DNA of 64,000 nucleotides from Octopus vulgaris (Eukaryota). The stretch spans positions 152,768,001 through 152,832,000 of the forward strand of contig OX597814.1 in NCBI GenBank assembly GCA_951406725.2, read 5' to 3'. The notes beneath the pieces were generated by a model. The model worked only from the letters and a program-made list of their open reading frames with translations. It had not been told where the DNA came from and searched no databases. A program made the translations under genes and the position numbers. Below, one piece after another: positions 13,158 through 26,169 of this stretch (within the stretch, counting starts at the first letter, position 1; every line of letters starts with the position of its first letter).

Positions 13158-14599
13158 TGTAGGTATATATCTATCTATATATATATGCATACATGAGTCA
13201 TCTAAGAAACCATAAGTCAAGGAAAAGATGCACTCATATATCTGTCAGTAGATTGGGTTTATTATTCGAAATGTATAGTATTAAATATACATCACAGTTG
13301 ATATTACCAATAGTTTCACGTAAAGAATACAATGGAGTGTTAGGTAATAAACCTATTATAGAACTTTATGCTCATCAGAGTTAGCCAATATGAAAGGGAA
13401 TACAGTGACTGCTCTCTATTGTTGGAGGTGGATTAGCACAACCTGTCAGCAGCTGCTGTGAAAAAGAGCCAGGGGGATTAGTTTAGGAATTATTTCCCTT
13501 GGTTGAGTATGCTATGAAGCCAGCAAGAGTTATCTTGAAGTGGGGAAAATGTGTATTATCAATATGGTGTTCCTGTTGTGATGCGGTGTGTGGTATGTGT
13601 AGTGGTGTCATATGTATGATTTTTTCCGGGGGTGTAGGTATATATAGCTGTGTTCATTGGCCTGTTTTCTTTCTGTAAAGGATAAAGTCATGAAAGGTTG
13701 TTTTTTTTATGTATAAATGTATGTACATGTGTATGCATCTGTGTGTGTTTGTATGTATGTACATTATGAAATCAACTTTTGCTTCTGTGACACTGTCTAA
13801 TCTCTCAAATACCATCACTCAGGGTTTTGTCACATATCTTTTTGATCACTCATCTGTGTGCGTGTGTATGTGACATGCATGCACACACACACACAAATAC
13901 ACATATTTGTGATACAGTGTGTATTAGAAAAGCTAAGAAAATCTAAAAATAGTTAAACTGCAAATATTAAGCTTTTTGCTGTGAAGCCTTTTATTCTTTT
14001 TGCATACACAGAAAACAAAGGGACCTGTTCCTACAATTTCATAAGTAGATCATTCATCAAAGAATAAATAAGTATCCTTCATTCTTATCCCCAGGAAGAG
14101 AATTTACAGTAAGAAGTTATATAAATTAAATACAAACTAGAACTTAGCTTCCATGTCTGAGCTAATTTGCATGGTGCCTGTTAATTAGTGGCGTGATTAA
14201 ATAGTTAATAAGTTGCTACAAGTTCTCTTCTTGGCAGAGGCAGAATGAGGTAGTAGTCCTCTGATAAGTGGTCAACAAAACAGTGAAATATGTGTGTAGA
14301 GAGACAGACAGTATGAGAAGTTCATAGAAATAAATATCCATATGATTATTTACATGTATCAATACAGGCATACCATTGGGTTTTGTTTCCTCATAACTTC
14401 CAGAAAAATTAATGATTTTTAATGAAATTTTCTACAAATACGCTTCAGCTGGTGTAGATTACAGCTCTATCAGAATTTGAGGTGAAAAATATTTTCCGAG
14501 TGTGAGAACAGTTTTGGAAAATTCACACAGTGATGAGTGTCAGCAAACGTGTGTGCTCACCAGTTTTTTTTTTTCTTTTTTTATCATTAAATTCTGATA

Positions 14600-15460
14600 T
14601 CCCTGTGGCTAATGTTGATGGCCTACTCAGCTTGGACGAAATTCATGTCTCCATTGCCCTCAGAGTGGGAGCTGATGTATGCAAGAGTATGATGTGTTAT
14701 TGTGGCAGGCTCCTCAACTCCAGAGGCCTCCATGATCTTTCTTGCTGCCTGAATGCTGGTCACTTTGTGTGTAATATGGATTTGAACCTGATACTCAAGA
14801 GGAGCTTGGCCCAGGCAAACATCCCCTCAATCTTTATTGCCCACAAGGGGCTAAACATAGAGGGGACAAACAAGGACAGACAAAGGGATTAAGTCGATTA
14901 CATCGACCCCAGTGCGTAACTGGTACTTAATTTATCGACCCTGAAAGAATGAAAGGCAAAGTCGACCTCGGCGGAATTTGAACTCAGAACGTAACGGCAG
15001 ATGAAATACCGCTAAGCATTTTGCCCAGCGTGCTAATGTTTCTACCAGCTCGCCACCTTCATCCCCTCAATCTTGGAACCATCTGGATTGTCCAGATGTG
15101 ATGGGAAAAGACCTAACGGCTTCACCCTGTGGCCCTGGTTGCGAGGCAGATGCCTTGTCTGGCATGTCACAGTTAGCGACTCCTTTGCTTCTTCTTACAT
15201 CCTGGATGCTGCAGTCAGAACAAGATCCACAACTTCTATGGCTGAGCAGAGCAAAATCCTGAAATACCAGTTACATTTTCCATCCTGTGGCATTCAAGAC
15301 TTTTTGTGGAGTTGGACCGCTAACTGCAGAATTCTTGTCTTCACTGGCAACTCACCTAGCAGAGGTAACTGGTGAGGCTCTTGAGGGCGCTTGGCTGTTC
15401 TAGTGTATCAGCCTCGCTATCACCCATGGCAACACTGCAAGCATGCTTCAATAGCCATTA
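14600..15460 (+). pseudogene. CRE-clade non-LTR retrotransposon 3' fragment (zinc knuckle plus restriction-like endonuclease), interrupted by a SINE
   Basis: IALRVG...CYCG...RGLHDLSC...IPSI|LEPSGLSRCDGKRPNGFTLWPW...LVW; the frame rejoins when the SINE and one TSD copy are removed. Confidence 0.8.
14835..15059 (-). mobile_element. Family A SINE inserted in the CRE element
   Basis: 15-bp TSD CATCCCCTCAATCTT at 14820-14834 and 15060-15074. Confidence 0.9.
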
Positions 15461-16049
15461 GAGTGGTTTCCCAGTGCCCTCAACTTTTCAACCTAAGGTG
15501 GTGAATTGTTTTGATTTTTTTCTCTTTTTTTCTTTTTAATTTTTTAGTTGTGTTCTCTGTTTTGTCCAATTTTCAAATTTAATTTTGAAAAACTAGATTA
15601 ATGAAATAAACAGTGTTACATCTTAATCTACACTATCTGATAGTGTTGATTATATATACCAGAATTTAATATGATAAAAAAAATTTTTAAACTGGTGAGC
15701 ACACACACATACATACTAACACTCATCACAATTTTTTTCAGAAATTTCAAGTTTCGTTTTATAGATGTGTGTGTGTGTGTGTGTGTGTGTTTGCTCGCGC
15801 GCGCGGTTACCAATTCTTTTTTAACATTAAATTCCAATATAATCGTAATTTACATCATCTGAAAGATATTTATAGAAATTCTATTAAGAAATATCCATTT
15901 TGTTTCTTTTTTCTTTTCCTGAAAGTTATAAGGAAACAAAGCCACCTTCGTGTGAATTTCCCAAAACCCCTCTTCTCGTCCTTAGGAAAAAATTTTCATT
16001 ACAAATTCTGATATTACGGGAACCTATCTATTACGGGAACCTATCTATC

Positions 16050-17520
16050 TATTGCATAAAAACTATTTACAAAGCGTAAGTTTGCGGCCATATCATGCTA
16101 ATTATTTAACATCGGGCCGGTCGTTCAGTCCCATGTCAGCCTTGATCCGGCAAACCTATGATCAAAGACGTTCCAACAGTGACCACTCAACCTTTTTGCT
16201 GGGGAAATGTATTTCTAGGAATACGTTCTCCTTTTTGTGCTTTTTTCAAAGAGGTAGGATGTGAAAATAGAAAGATTTTGTTGCTGTTTTTATTAGGTCG
16301 AACGACCGCGCGATCGCTAGTGTATATCTAGTTTATAATGCAACTGGAATATATATAGAAAATACTTAGATCTTTGTTCTTTAATCTTACGTCAACTGTA
16401 ATCCAGCAGACCATCTCACCTTCTTTTTTTTTTTTTTTTTTGAGAAAGTATATCTAGGACTTACGTAATCTAATGTATCCTTCATATTGTTTAAGATTAT
16501 AAGGCGCGATTTGAGTAAAATTCGGCAGCTACATTTTTTAGCATTTAACAAGTCGAAAGACCACGTTAGCGGATTATCGTTTACGTCTCTCTTTCTCTCT
16601 CTCTCTCTCTCTCTCCCCACCCGCAACTTTGTTTATATTGATAACTAGACAAGCGAAGAATATAATGTGTTTCCCCATACGCAACTATCCTATGTACAGT
16701 ATAAGATAATTTAGCACTTGTACAAAGTACATGCAACCTTTTTCGCGATTATATTTATTCAAGATTTGCGGTGATGTGGCTAAAATGGATAACGACTATG
16801 TTATATAACCTGAAGAAGCTAAGGATAAAACGAAAAAGTTAGCGTGTGTAAAACGATCTAAAGAAGAAAAAATTACTACTCACCAGAAGAACAACTTTGA
16901 AATAAAATTAGCTTTCATCATCGGATTAGGGTTATAATGCTGCTTTGCTTTCTCCATGCTGTCTCTCTATCGACTGTTTTACCGATAATGACGACAATAA
17001 TTTTTTTTTCTCTGTTTTTCTTCGGAGGATTTGGGGGAAGTTAGAGTAAGTGAATGCTTTATCGTTTCTTTACTTTTTTAATTTATTTAATTAATTCATT
17101 TATTGCAGTTTGTTGAAGTAAGAGGACGATGATGATAGCAGTTTTCGCAGAATATTTCTGTTTCCATATGATTTATTTTGGAATTAAACTCAAGTGGTTT
17201 GCTTGTGGTTAGTCAGATGAATAACCGAGGACCTGATACAGCTGAGTGCAGGAATTCAATTGTCATTTCCTCTGTTGTAGTTGTTGTCATTAAGCAGTTA
17301 GTAACACAATACAATAGATAAGCTAAATTTAGACAACAGTTTTTCGCGAAAGCTTGAACGATCTAGTTATTCCCTATGAATGTTTATTACCTTTAGGAAA
17401 TTATTGATTCAGTGTAGCATGTGTCACCTTACAATCAAACACCTGCAAACCCTTCGCCTTCGGCAAAAGTACTGCACCTCCCACGAAAATTCATCTAGAG
17501 AGAGGACGCACACTTAAGAC
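16050..17520. promoter_or_regulatory. CpG-retaining, TE-poor promoter region around the ABCC4-like start
   Basis: Visibly more CG dinucleotides and fewer recognisable repeats than the flanks; surrounds the first exon. Confidence 0.5.
16884..16957 (-). CDS. ABCC4: First coding exon of an ABC transporter C-family (MRP4-like) gene
   Basis: ATG at 16957 gives MEKAKQHYNPNPMMKANFISKLFF(W), matching the MRP4 N-terminal 'PNP...AN..S..FFW' pattern; phase-2 donor TG|GTGAGT at 16883. No exon 2 was found to the left. Confidence 0.8.
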
Positions 17521-18584
17521 TTACTTATTCGTATAAAGCACCCAAGATGAGAATGGAATTATTATAAAAAAGAAATTTAATTTAGTTATAAGTCCAATAA
17601 AATATTTTGGATAAATGTTCAGGTATCCAATATCTTTTAGATTTTAAATTAATCTGACAACTTGGCATGAATGCTTTCAAAAGCTTCTATGGATGCTTCG
17701 AAAGTTACTTACCAATTATGTAAGGACTACCCTTACATAAAAGACACCTACCCTTCTAAACTTTCGTTCTGTTTTATACGCAGGCTTTTTTTTTTTTTTT
17801 CGTAAGAGTAATGAGTCATCAATAAAAGGAGTAGATAGACACTATTTTATTTCATATTTGTAAAAAAAAATCGTTTGGACACTTCAGATTAATTACTAGG
17901 CCCTGAAGGGATTAAAATCTGTTGTCTTTAGAGGCTCTACATTTTAATGTAAATATGATTGTTTAAAAAGTAATAAAATATATGGAAATAATTTGCTGTT
18001 TTATTATTAAATATTATAAGTATTAAAACTGCACCGTGAATTTTTTTGTTTGTTTCTTACTTTGTTTTTGTATAAAAGAATCTCCGATAAGACGTTACAT
18101 TTTTGTAAGCATTCAATATATCGAATAATTGATATTTAAATTTGTGATTTTACTTGTCTAATTATTAGCGCCTTTCCATGCTATATCTCGTAATCACGCT
18201 TGTCAAAGGCCGTCGTTACTTGTGCACCTGCCAAATAAAAAAATCTTTTTGTTGTTGACAAAAATTCGTAAAGTGTGTGTGTGTACTGTGAGAAAGAACG
18301 TGTTTTGTGTCTGTTGTAAGTTTTCTTTGAAGAAATAAGGGCTCTGCCCAAAACTTCGGAATTCACCTCTCCTCGCGGTACACTAACTTAATCTAATTTT
18401 ACTAAGTTTTTTAACTGGTTTATTTTCCTACGGACACAGACTAGCATTGGTTTCCTTGAACTTTTTTTTTTTTTAAAGTTTTTTTATGTATGTACGTACG
18501 TACTTACCTACCTACCTACATACATGCATGCATACATACATACACACACACATACATACATACAAACACACATACATACAAACT

Positions 18585-18945
18585 GCAGTTACTCTATCCA
18601 GATCACAAGTTCTGGTTTATACCTGTAATTATTGGGGCCCTGAGATATGTAAACACACTGCCTAAATACCAATCTTGAGAAATTAGGCTTCCCAAAACCA
18701 GAAAGGAGAAAGCTAATTTGAAAACTGCAGATCCAATCTATTACTGGAACTGTAAGAATCTGTAAAACTTTCCAGAGGTTTATCATTTAAATATATATGA
18801 GCATGTCTAGATATATAACTATATGCATACATTCATACAAAAATACCTTGTTGATTTTGAAATTCCAATGGAGGAACCTTGGATCTAGGTTAGAAACCAG
18901 TTCTTTCTCTATTGGCAAGAAATCTTGAAATAAACTGAATAATGA
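18585..18945 (+). pseudogene. R4/Dong-clade LINE 3' fragment
   Basis: FIPVIIGAL...LQIQSITGTVRICKTF C-terminal motif followed by AATAAA and an AAT tail. Confidence 0.7.
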
Positions 18946-18949
18946 CTGA

Positions 18950-19292
18950 TGGCCGTCTGCCAGCCTCGTCTGGCACCTGTGTCGGTGGCACATAAAAACA
19001 CCATCCGAGCGTGGCCGTCTGCCAGCCTCGTCTGGCACCTGTGTTGGTGGCACATAAAAACACCATCCGAGCGTGGCCGTTCGCCAGCCTCGTCTGGCAC
19101 CTGTGTCGGTGGCACATAAAATCACCCACTACACTCTCGGAGTGGTTGGCGTTAGGAAGGGCATCCAGCCGTAGAAACACTGCCAGATAAGACTGGAGCC
19201 TGGTGCAGCCTTCTGGCTTCCCAGATCCCCGGTCGAACCGTCCAACCCATGCTAGCATGGAAAGCGGACGTTAAACGATGATGATGATGATG
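18950..19292 (+). mobile_element. RTE-type 3' end with three ~59-bp internal repeats
   Basis: gccagcctcgtctggcacctgtgt.ggtggcacataaaa x3, then the family tail ending (GAT)n. Confidence 0.8.
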
Positions 19293-19389
19293 ATATATCT
19301 ATCTGAGATTCTTATGTGGATAGATCCACACACTTGGGTGTATGCATCAATAGTTCAACCAACACCAACCTACCCACATGTTCACAAAC

Positions 19390-20940
19390 ACCAGGAACTC
19401 TCTTAACTCAAAAAGTCTTGTTACTTTGCTAGCAACCAGCTTGAACACTCATGAAGAACTTGGATAAAACTGAAAGTAAAATCATACATCTGAAGGCTAC
19501 ATCCATGCAATCCAAGAACAAACGATGCTTAACCCTTTAGCATTTAAACCGGCCATATCCGGCCAGAAGTATTCTGCCTGTTTTATGTTCAAACTGGCCA
19601 GATCTGGTCTCTCACACTAACCCAACAATATCGTTTTAAAAATTAACAGCTACATCATCATAATCTCATAGCTACAAGATAATACATGATTAGTTCAAAG
19701 CAATGTGGATAAAAAAGGATTACGATGCTTAACAATTATCTACAGTATAAATGACAGAAAATACTGACAGACAACAAATGTAGGCTGAAGACATCAACCA
19801 TGTTATTGCCAACTATGAGAGAATGTCTTCTCATGAAGCATAATGCGGTGGCCAGAACAGTCTGGAACAGGATAATCATCATCATCATCGTTTAACGTCC
19901 GTTTTCCATGCTAGTATGGGTTGGATGGTTCGACTGGGGTCTGGGAAGCCAGGAGGCCGCACCAGGCTCCAGTTTGATCTGGCAGTGTTTCTACAGCTGG
20001 ATGCCCTTCCTAACGCCAACCACACCATGAGTGTAGTGGGTGCTTTTTATGTGCCACCAGCACAGGTGCCAGGGGAGGCTGGCAACGGCCACGATCGGTT
20101 GGTGCTTTTTACGTGCCACCGGCATGGAAGCCAGTCAAGGCGGTGCTGAAAACAGAAAATTCTTATAAACAAAGTCAACCACTAGAATATTGGTGGAACT
20201 TAAAAATTAAAACAGCCATCAAGTTAAAGCACAACCAGTCAGATATCGTTGTGTGGGACCACAAGGAAAAGATGTTCTATTGTGGAAATCAGCTGCCCTC
20301 TGGACACAAATGTGGTTAGAATAGTGTAAGAGAAAAATAGACATCTATGGACCATTGATAAGGAGTTTGCAAATCCAGTACACTTTGAGCTTCATACCTA
20401 CTATTGGAGCAACAATATGTATACCAACCTGCTTGAACTTGGGATCTTGGGGAGAAAATGCAAATCCTTAATTCATATGCTACAAATGATCACAATATCA
20501 GGGGCTATAAAAGACTGCAAGACCTTAAGAGTTTAAGGAAGATGGTTAAAACAAGATACTTTCCTTCACAACCTTGTTATCAAGTAGGTGGTTGGTCAAA
20601 ATTTACTCTAAATCAAAAAGAGCAAGAGAAGAATATATACACATGCACACACACACACATAGATACATGTACATATGTATGTCGGCTCTGTTAACAAAAT
20701 GGCATGGCTATATGCTGGGATGTGCAGAAAAGAATAAAATTAAAGACACCCACACATTTTTTGTTGATGACCTAAAGTTATATTCTTGTAACATGATCAC
20801 CATCAAGACAATTAGAAATAGTCCAACAGCCTCATGAGACATAAGAAAGGAGTTTGGGCAAGATAAATGCTCATTCATGATAATCAACCAGAGAGAGAAC
20901 TTGTACATCGATGGCTTATTTATCTACCCTGAGATATTTA
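19390..20940 (+). pseudogene. Scrambled R4/Dong-like LINE fragments with MITE and RTE insertions
   Basis: YWWNLKIKTAIKLKHNQSDIVVWD (RLE PD region, 20180-20270); THTFFVDDLKLY (RT catalytic motif, 20745-20785). Confidence 0.6.
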
Positions 20941-20969
20941 GAAATGCAATATTTCTAATTATATATATA

Positions 20970-21392
20970 TAGGCTGGATTAAGACCCATTGAGGCCCTAA
21001 CCACTTAAAATATTTTGGTGCTCCCATAAAAGATTATGCTATTCAAAATACAAACAATAACAAACCATAGAATAAATTTTTATTTTTCAAAACAAAACGA
21101 AACAGCAAGAGGGAAAATAATGTCTATTTTTGGATATACTTCCACCTAATATTTGATAAGTTTCCTCCTACTTTTTTTAATTGCAAAGTCTTTGATCAGA
21201 TCCTCAAAATTAATCTTAGGTAACACATCTGCATTTATACTTAGTAGAGATAAAAGCATCCCAAATTTTTATTTTAGTCAGTTTAAAGTGATTTCTTTTG
21301 TGCTGTAAACCATTTACCATTTCTGTGGTGCCCCCTCCTTCCTTGATGCCCTAAGCACATGCTTATTTTGCTTAATGGTTAATCCAGCGCTG
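20970..21392. mobile_element. hAT-like MITE
   Basis: Ends AGGCTGGATTAA / TTAATCCAGCGCTG. Confidence 0.55.
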
Positions 21393-22059
21393 TGTATCTC
21401 TTATTATAAAAGGCAGATTTCATCTGCCTCCCTTTGGGAGTTATACAAATCTACAATATAGGATTTCTTCAATTACAATTTACCTAGCATTTTTGAGAGT
21501 ACAATGCATCGCGTCATGCCAGGTCCAGTTTTTAAAATTTAAACTCCAATTAAGCAAAATTTACAGAAAACTCACATTCTGGTGTGTGTGTCAAATGCTT
21601 TTCTTAGTCTGGTTTACACCACACGCAAACGCACACACACAGTGGGCAACGAATAAAATGAAAGTAAATAGCGACAGAGTGATTTGAGGAAGACTAAAGT
21701 GAAAGTATTCTGTCTATGACGCTGATAGATACATGAGTAAAATATATGGGAAGCTAAGAGCTAAGAGTGAGTGAAAATGTTCTTGGAAGAGAGTAATTAG
21801 TAATAAAGTAAACATACACTCATACATACATACATACATACATACATACATACATACACACACACACATACACACACACACAGTATTGAAGCTTGAGAAC
21901 AATCAGATACATTTGCAACACATCTGTTGAAAATATTATTGTTCACACACATACATATACATATATACATACAGACAGACAGATAGATAGACACACACAC
22001 ACACACACACACATGATCCAGCATGGCCACAACCTCAAGGCTGAAACATATAAAAGAAT

Positions 22060-22430
22060 AACAGAATATAAATGTGTGCAAAGTACAAGAAATATTAATG
22101 CAGTATATGGGGATTGGACAATAAGCGTAAGGCAGTGTCAATGGTGGTTCCAGAAATCCCGAGCCATAAACTACAGCCTAGAAGACGAGCCTCATCCTGA
22201 AAGATCTGTAGAACTCGACAAGGACATCCTGAAAACCCTGGTGGAACAAAATATCATCGTAACTGTTGAGGAACTAGCAGAGAAGCTTGGATTTGGTCAT
22301 TCAACCATTCATTGACACCTGTGTGCTATCGGAAAAGTCAGCAAATTGGGTCAATGGGTTCCTCACGAACTTTCCGAGTCTAATTGCATGCAGAGAGTGA
22401 ATGTATGCTTTTCTTTGCTGTCATATCTCA
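22060..22430 (+). pseudogene. mariner transposase N-terminal remnant
   Basis: HTH region (INAVYGD...WFQK...LEDEPHPERS) and GQWVPHEL motif; internal stop. Confidence 0.85.
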
Positions 22431-22450
22431 CCACTACTGCGCTATGTATA

Positions 22451-23086
22451 TCTATATATATAAAACTGTAGTTGTGTGAGTGTCTGTCCCCTTCGATTTA
22501 GATTCCTAACTACTCCCACATTTTGCAGTACAGTTTAACCAAATTCGGGTAGCTTATAGTCGTGATTCATATCGAGCCCGTCTGAATATTAGCGCGCGTC
22601 TACGATGAGTCTACGATTTTAAAAATAATTTAACATCATTTTTTATTCCATTTTAATGCATAATTTTTCGTGTGTCGATGGCGGCGGAGTTGGCGTCCAC
22701 GCTCACACCTGCACCTGTGGGGAAGGGAGTGTAAGGAAATCAACGTCGTAATGCGTTGTCAAGGAGACCAGTGTTCTTTTAGAACAACGACTTCATGGCT
22801 TGAAGACACCAAAACAGAAATGGCTAAGAAAGTGTCTACATGAGTCTATGATTTAAAAAAAAATTTACCATCGTTTTTTTCCATTTTAATGCATTTTTTC
22901 GCTATTATATAAGGGAAGTAACTCTCTAAAAATGTCTACGATGAGTCAACGATTTAAAAAAAAATTTACCATCATATTTTTTCCATTTTTAATGCATTTT
23001 TTGCTATTTTTTGGCTATAACTCTCTAAAAATGCTTATATAGTTATTTCCCTTACAAACCCGAGCAACGCCGGGTGATACTGCTAG
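22451..23086 (+). mobile_element. Non-autonomous Helitron
   Basis: A|TC 5' end, 3' hairpin CCCGAGCAACGCCGGG, CTAG|T end; same family as 62788-63293. Confidence 0.9.
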
Positions 23087-23572
23087 TATATATATATATA
23101 AAGAGCAAACCGTCTGTGTATCCTTTATACAAATCCACAGTTTTTCACATAAAAGGCTCACATTTTCTATGTGCTTTCAAAACTGTTTGAGGGTGGTCGT
23201 GAAGAGGTTTTCATTTCTCCAGTCACCCCAGAAAGCCATTAAAAAAAATCGATAATCCAACCCCTTAATCCCATAAGTTATGGGCATATCCATTCAAAAT
23301 CGCTAAAACATAGAAATTTGTATGCAGTGCATGCATACAGCTAGATACGCCAATAGACTGCCAGCTGTTTTTTGATTGTACAGAGATAATTTTACCTTTG
23401 ACAGTTGAATGCGTGTGCGTATTTTCTGACAGTCTGTATGACTGCACATTTTTGTGCTTTACGAAGATGCGTTATCATGTGTTTTGGCTTTCAAACGTGC
23501 ACGCTTTTTTGATTTGAGAAATGCAGGGAATAATTAACAAGTTAGACCAAGTGAATGACAATAGAGTGCTAG
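23087..23572 (+). mobile_element. Second Helitron-like element abutting the first
   Basis: (TA)n-AAAGAG start and CTAG|T end; the 3' hairpin is degenerate. Confidence 0.5.
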
Positions 23573-23604
<32 letters not shown>

Positions 23605-23771
23605 ATAAATAGGGATAATAGATCCAGGTAGGCACCATTCAAGCACTCTAGTATAATCCAAGATCTGACTAACCACATCAAATGATATGAAATAACCTGG
23701 GACTATTTACAGCAAACAATCTCAATGTATTTCACCCAATGAGAAAACCCTGAGTTTACTTCATTGGATTA

Positions 23772-26113
23772 CACTGGTCAACAAAATTAAATGTATTATA
23801 CTCATTATGTATGCAAACCAACTTTCTCAGGCTAATTTTTCATGCTGATTTCAAAATTTTACACCATTTGTATACAGCACATATCAGTTTTTCAGTAGAT
23901 ACATACAAATATTTACATATTTGTATATATGAAATCATTAATGTAATGAATAAGGACATATTACTTTAAGAAAATAAATGAGTTTATTGAATTAAAAATC
24001 ATCATTATCATTCTACAAAGAGTCAATACACAAAAAATGGGTCAGACAAAACAAAGAACAACAGAGTTAGGAACATTGTGATTTGGATTTCCTGCGGTAT
24101 TCTTGATCTGGAAGATCATGGTAATGTGTGCAACGGTAGTCATCCAGCATACTGTAATTCCAGAAGTCTTGGTACCATTTCTCCTGGTGAAATCTTTTAC
24201 CATGTTCATCAGACACTGCTCCAAAGTTATCTGTGAAGAAATCCAGATGGGAGTCCAAGAAGTGAACTTTCAGTGACATGCAACAACCCATTGCTGAGTA
24301 ACACTTCAGATGATTCTTGATACCATCCTTGTAGTCCATTACTTTCTTGTTGCCCAAGAAATTATCACAAATCCAATTGAAAGCATTTTGTGCAGGCAGT
24401 TCCAGTTCATCCAGTGTTGTCTTGAAGTTGACATCTTTGAGTACTTCTCTAATTTGAGGTCCAACAACTTTCAACTTCGCCTGTGTGATTTTGGGAAACT
24501 TTTCTACGGTATACTCAAACCCTCTCTTCCCTAGTGTCTTTACAGACTGTTTCATCAGTCCAAGCTTTATGTGCAAAGGAGGCAATAGGACATTACATGG
24601 ATCTACAAGAAGTGTATTCTTGATGCTAGACAGTCCTGGTTGGTATGATGTTCTTGTCTGCCAGTTTGATTCTGAATTATGTCTGTTAGTTACCCAACTA
24701 TCCCACAGACACAAGAAACAACAATATCTTGTGAAACCTGACTGCATTCCCATTAACATTGCAATGACTTTTAAATCTCCACATATTTTCCATGAGTATC
24801 TTTCAGAGGCAATGGCATGAAGTAAAAGTTCCATATTCTCATATGATTCATGAAGATAAAAGGAGTGTGCAATAGGAATGGGAGGCTTCAAATTACCATT
24901 ATGAAGAAGTACAGCTTTTAAACTTCATTTTGAAGAGTCAATAAACAAACGCCACTCTGCACTATCATGATTTTGTGATAAACATTTGAAAAGTTCATCG
25001 ATCTTACTGCAAAAGCAAAGTGGGCCTTCAACAGAAAAATATGTTAGTAGAATTACATTTCTTTGCTGAAAATAGGTTATACAAACACTGCACTAGCAGA
25101 TATTTCTCCTTCAGTCTTGATGCCAACAGTTTTGCTTTATCTTTTGAAAGGGATAGGACTCTGACAAGTTCATTCAGTTCAGCTTGGGAAATTTCTGAGG
25201 TTCAAAGCTATTGTCATCAGCCATGTAATCTTCCTCACCAGCACTATCATGACAGTCAGCATCATCGTCTGATGTTTTAATATCATCATCTGATGGAAAT
25301 AGAATTGGCAGACTTCCATTGTGAGGCACAGGTCTTATTGCAGAATCCAAATTGGGATACACAATTTTGTGTTTATTCTTCATAGAAAATCCTGTGACAT
25401 TTACTTTGCGAAAATAACAGTCATTAAAATGGTCTTTCAGTTCCCTCCATATCATTGGAATGGCAACAGACATGAACTTCTTATTATTGAACCAGTCACA
25501 TAAGCCATTTGAGCAAGCTGAGCAGATAAAATGTGGTGCCCATAACTTGTCCTGATCTCCATGAGGACAGTCAAAGTATAGCTTATAAATCTTCTTGATC
25601 TTGGATGTTATTGTACATTTTTGAGCTTTCACAATAAATTGTCCACAGACATAACAAAACACAACAGGACAATTTCTATACTGTCTTGACATTGTTAACA
25701 CTGTAAAATAAATGAGGAAATATATACAAACGGTTATACTTATATTGAATTTGAGATGATGAAATATTTCATCAGACCAATTATGACTGGACAATTTGAG
25801 ATGTTGAAATACTTATTTCATCAGACAAAACTTGATTGGTTATTTTAGGATGATGAAATATTGTATCTGAACTATGTAGCAATGAATAATGTAGTTTAAT
25901 TTGAAGGAATGGTTCCATGATGTAAATGAAATGCATACATACACGTCATTAATTGGAATGTGTTTATAATGCATGAACTAAAACCAAAAAACTTTCTCAT
26001 CTTGAAAACTGTACGTGATGTCAAAAAACTAATTGTATATTCGAAATCAGCATTAAAAACTACACCAAGAACACCTTGACATATGCTTGATGAAAAATAC
26101 TTGTTGACTAGTG
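23772..26113 (-). mobile_element. Chapaev3-type (CMC superfamily) DNA transposon, both ends present, frameshifted transposase
   Basis: TIRs CACTGGTCAACAA/TTGTTGACTAGTG; 3-bp TSD TTA. Motifs CYVCG...WAPHFIC, EWRLFIDSS, KAVLLHNGN, WKICGDLKV, CCFLCLWDS, LPPLHIKLGLMK, SLKVHFLDSHLDFF. Confidence 0.85.
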
Positions 26114-26169
26114 TTATTAACAGTTCATTGAGAGTACATCCAAGACAATTAAAATAATGAGAATTATAC

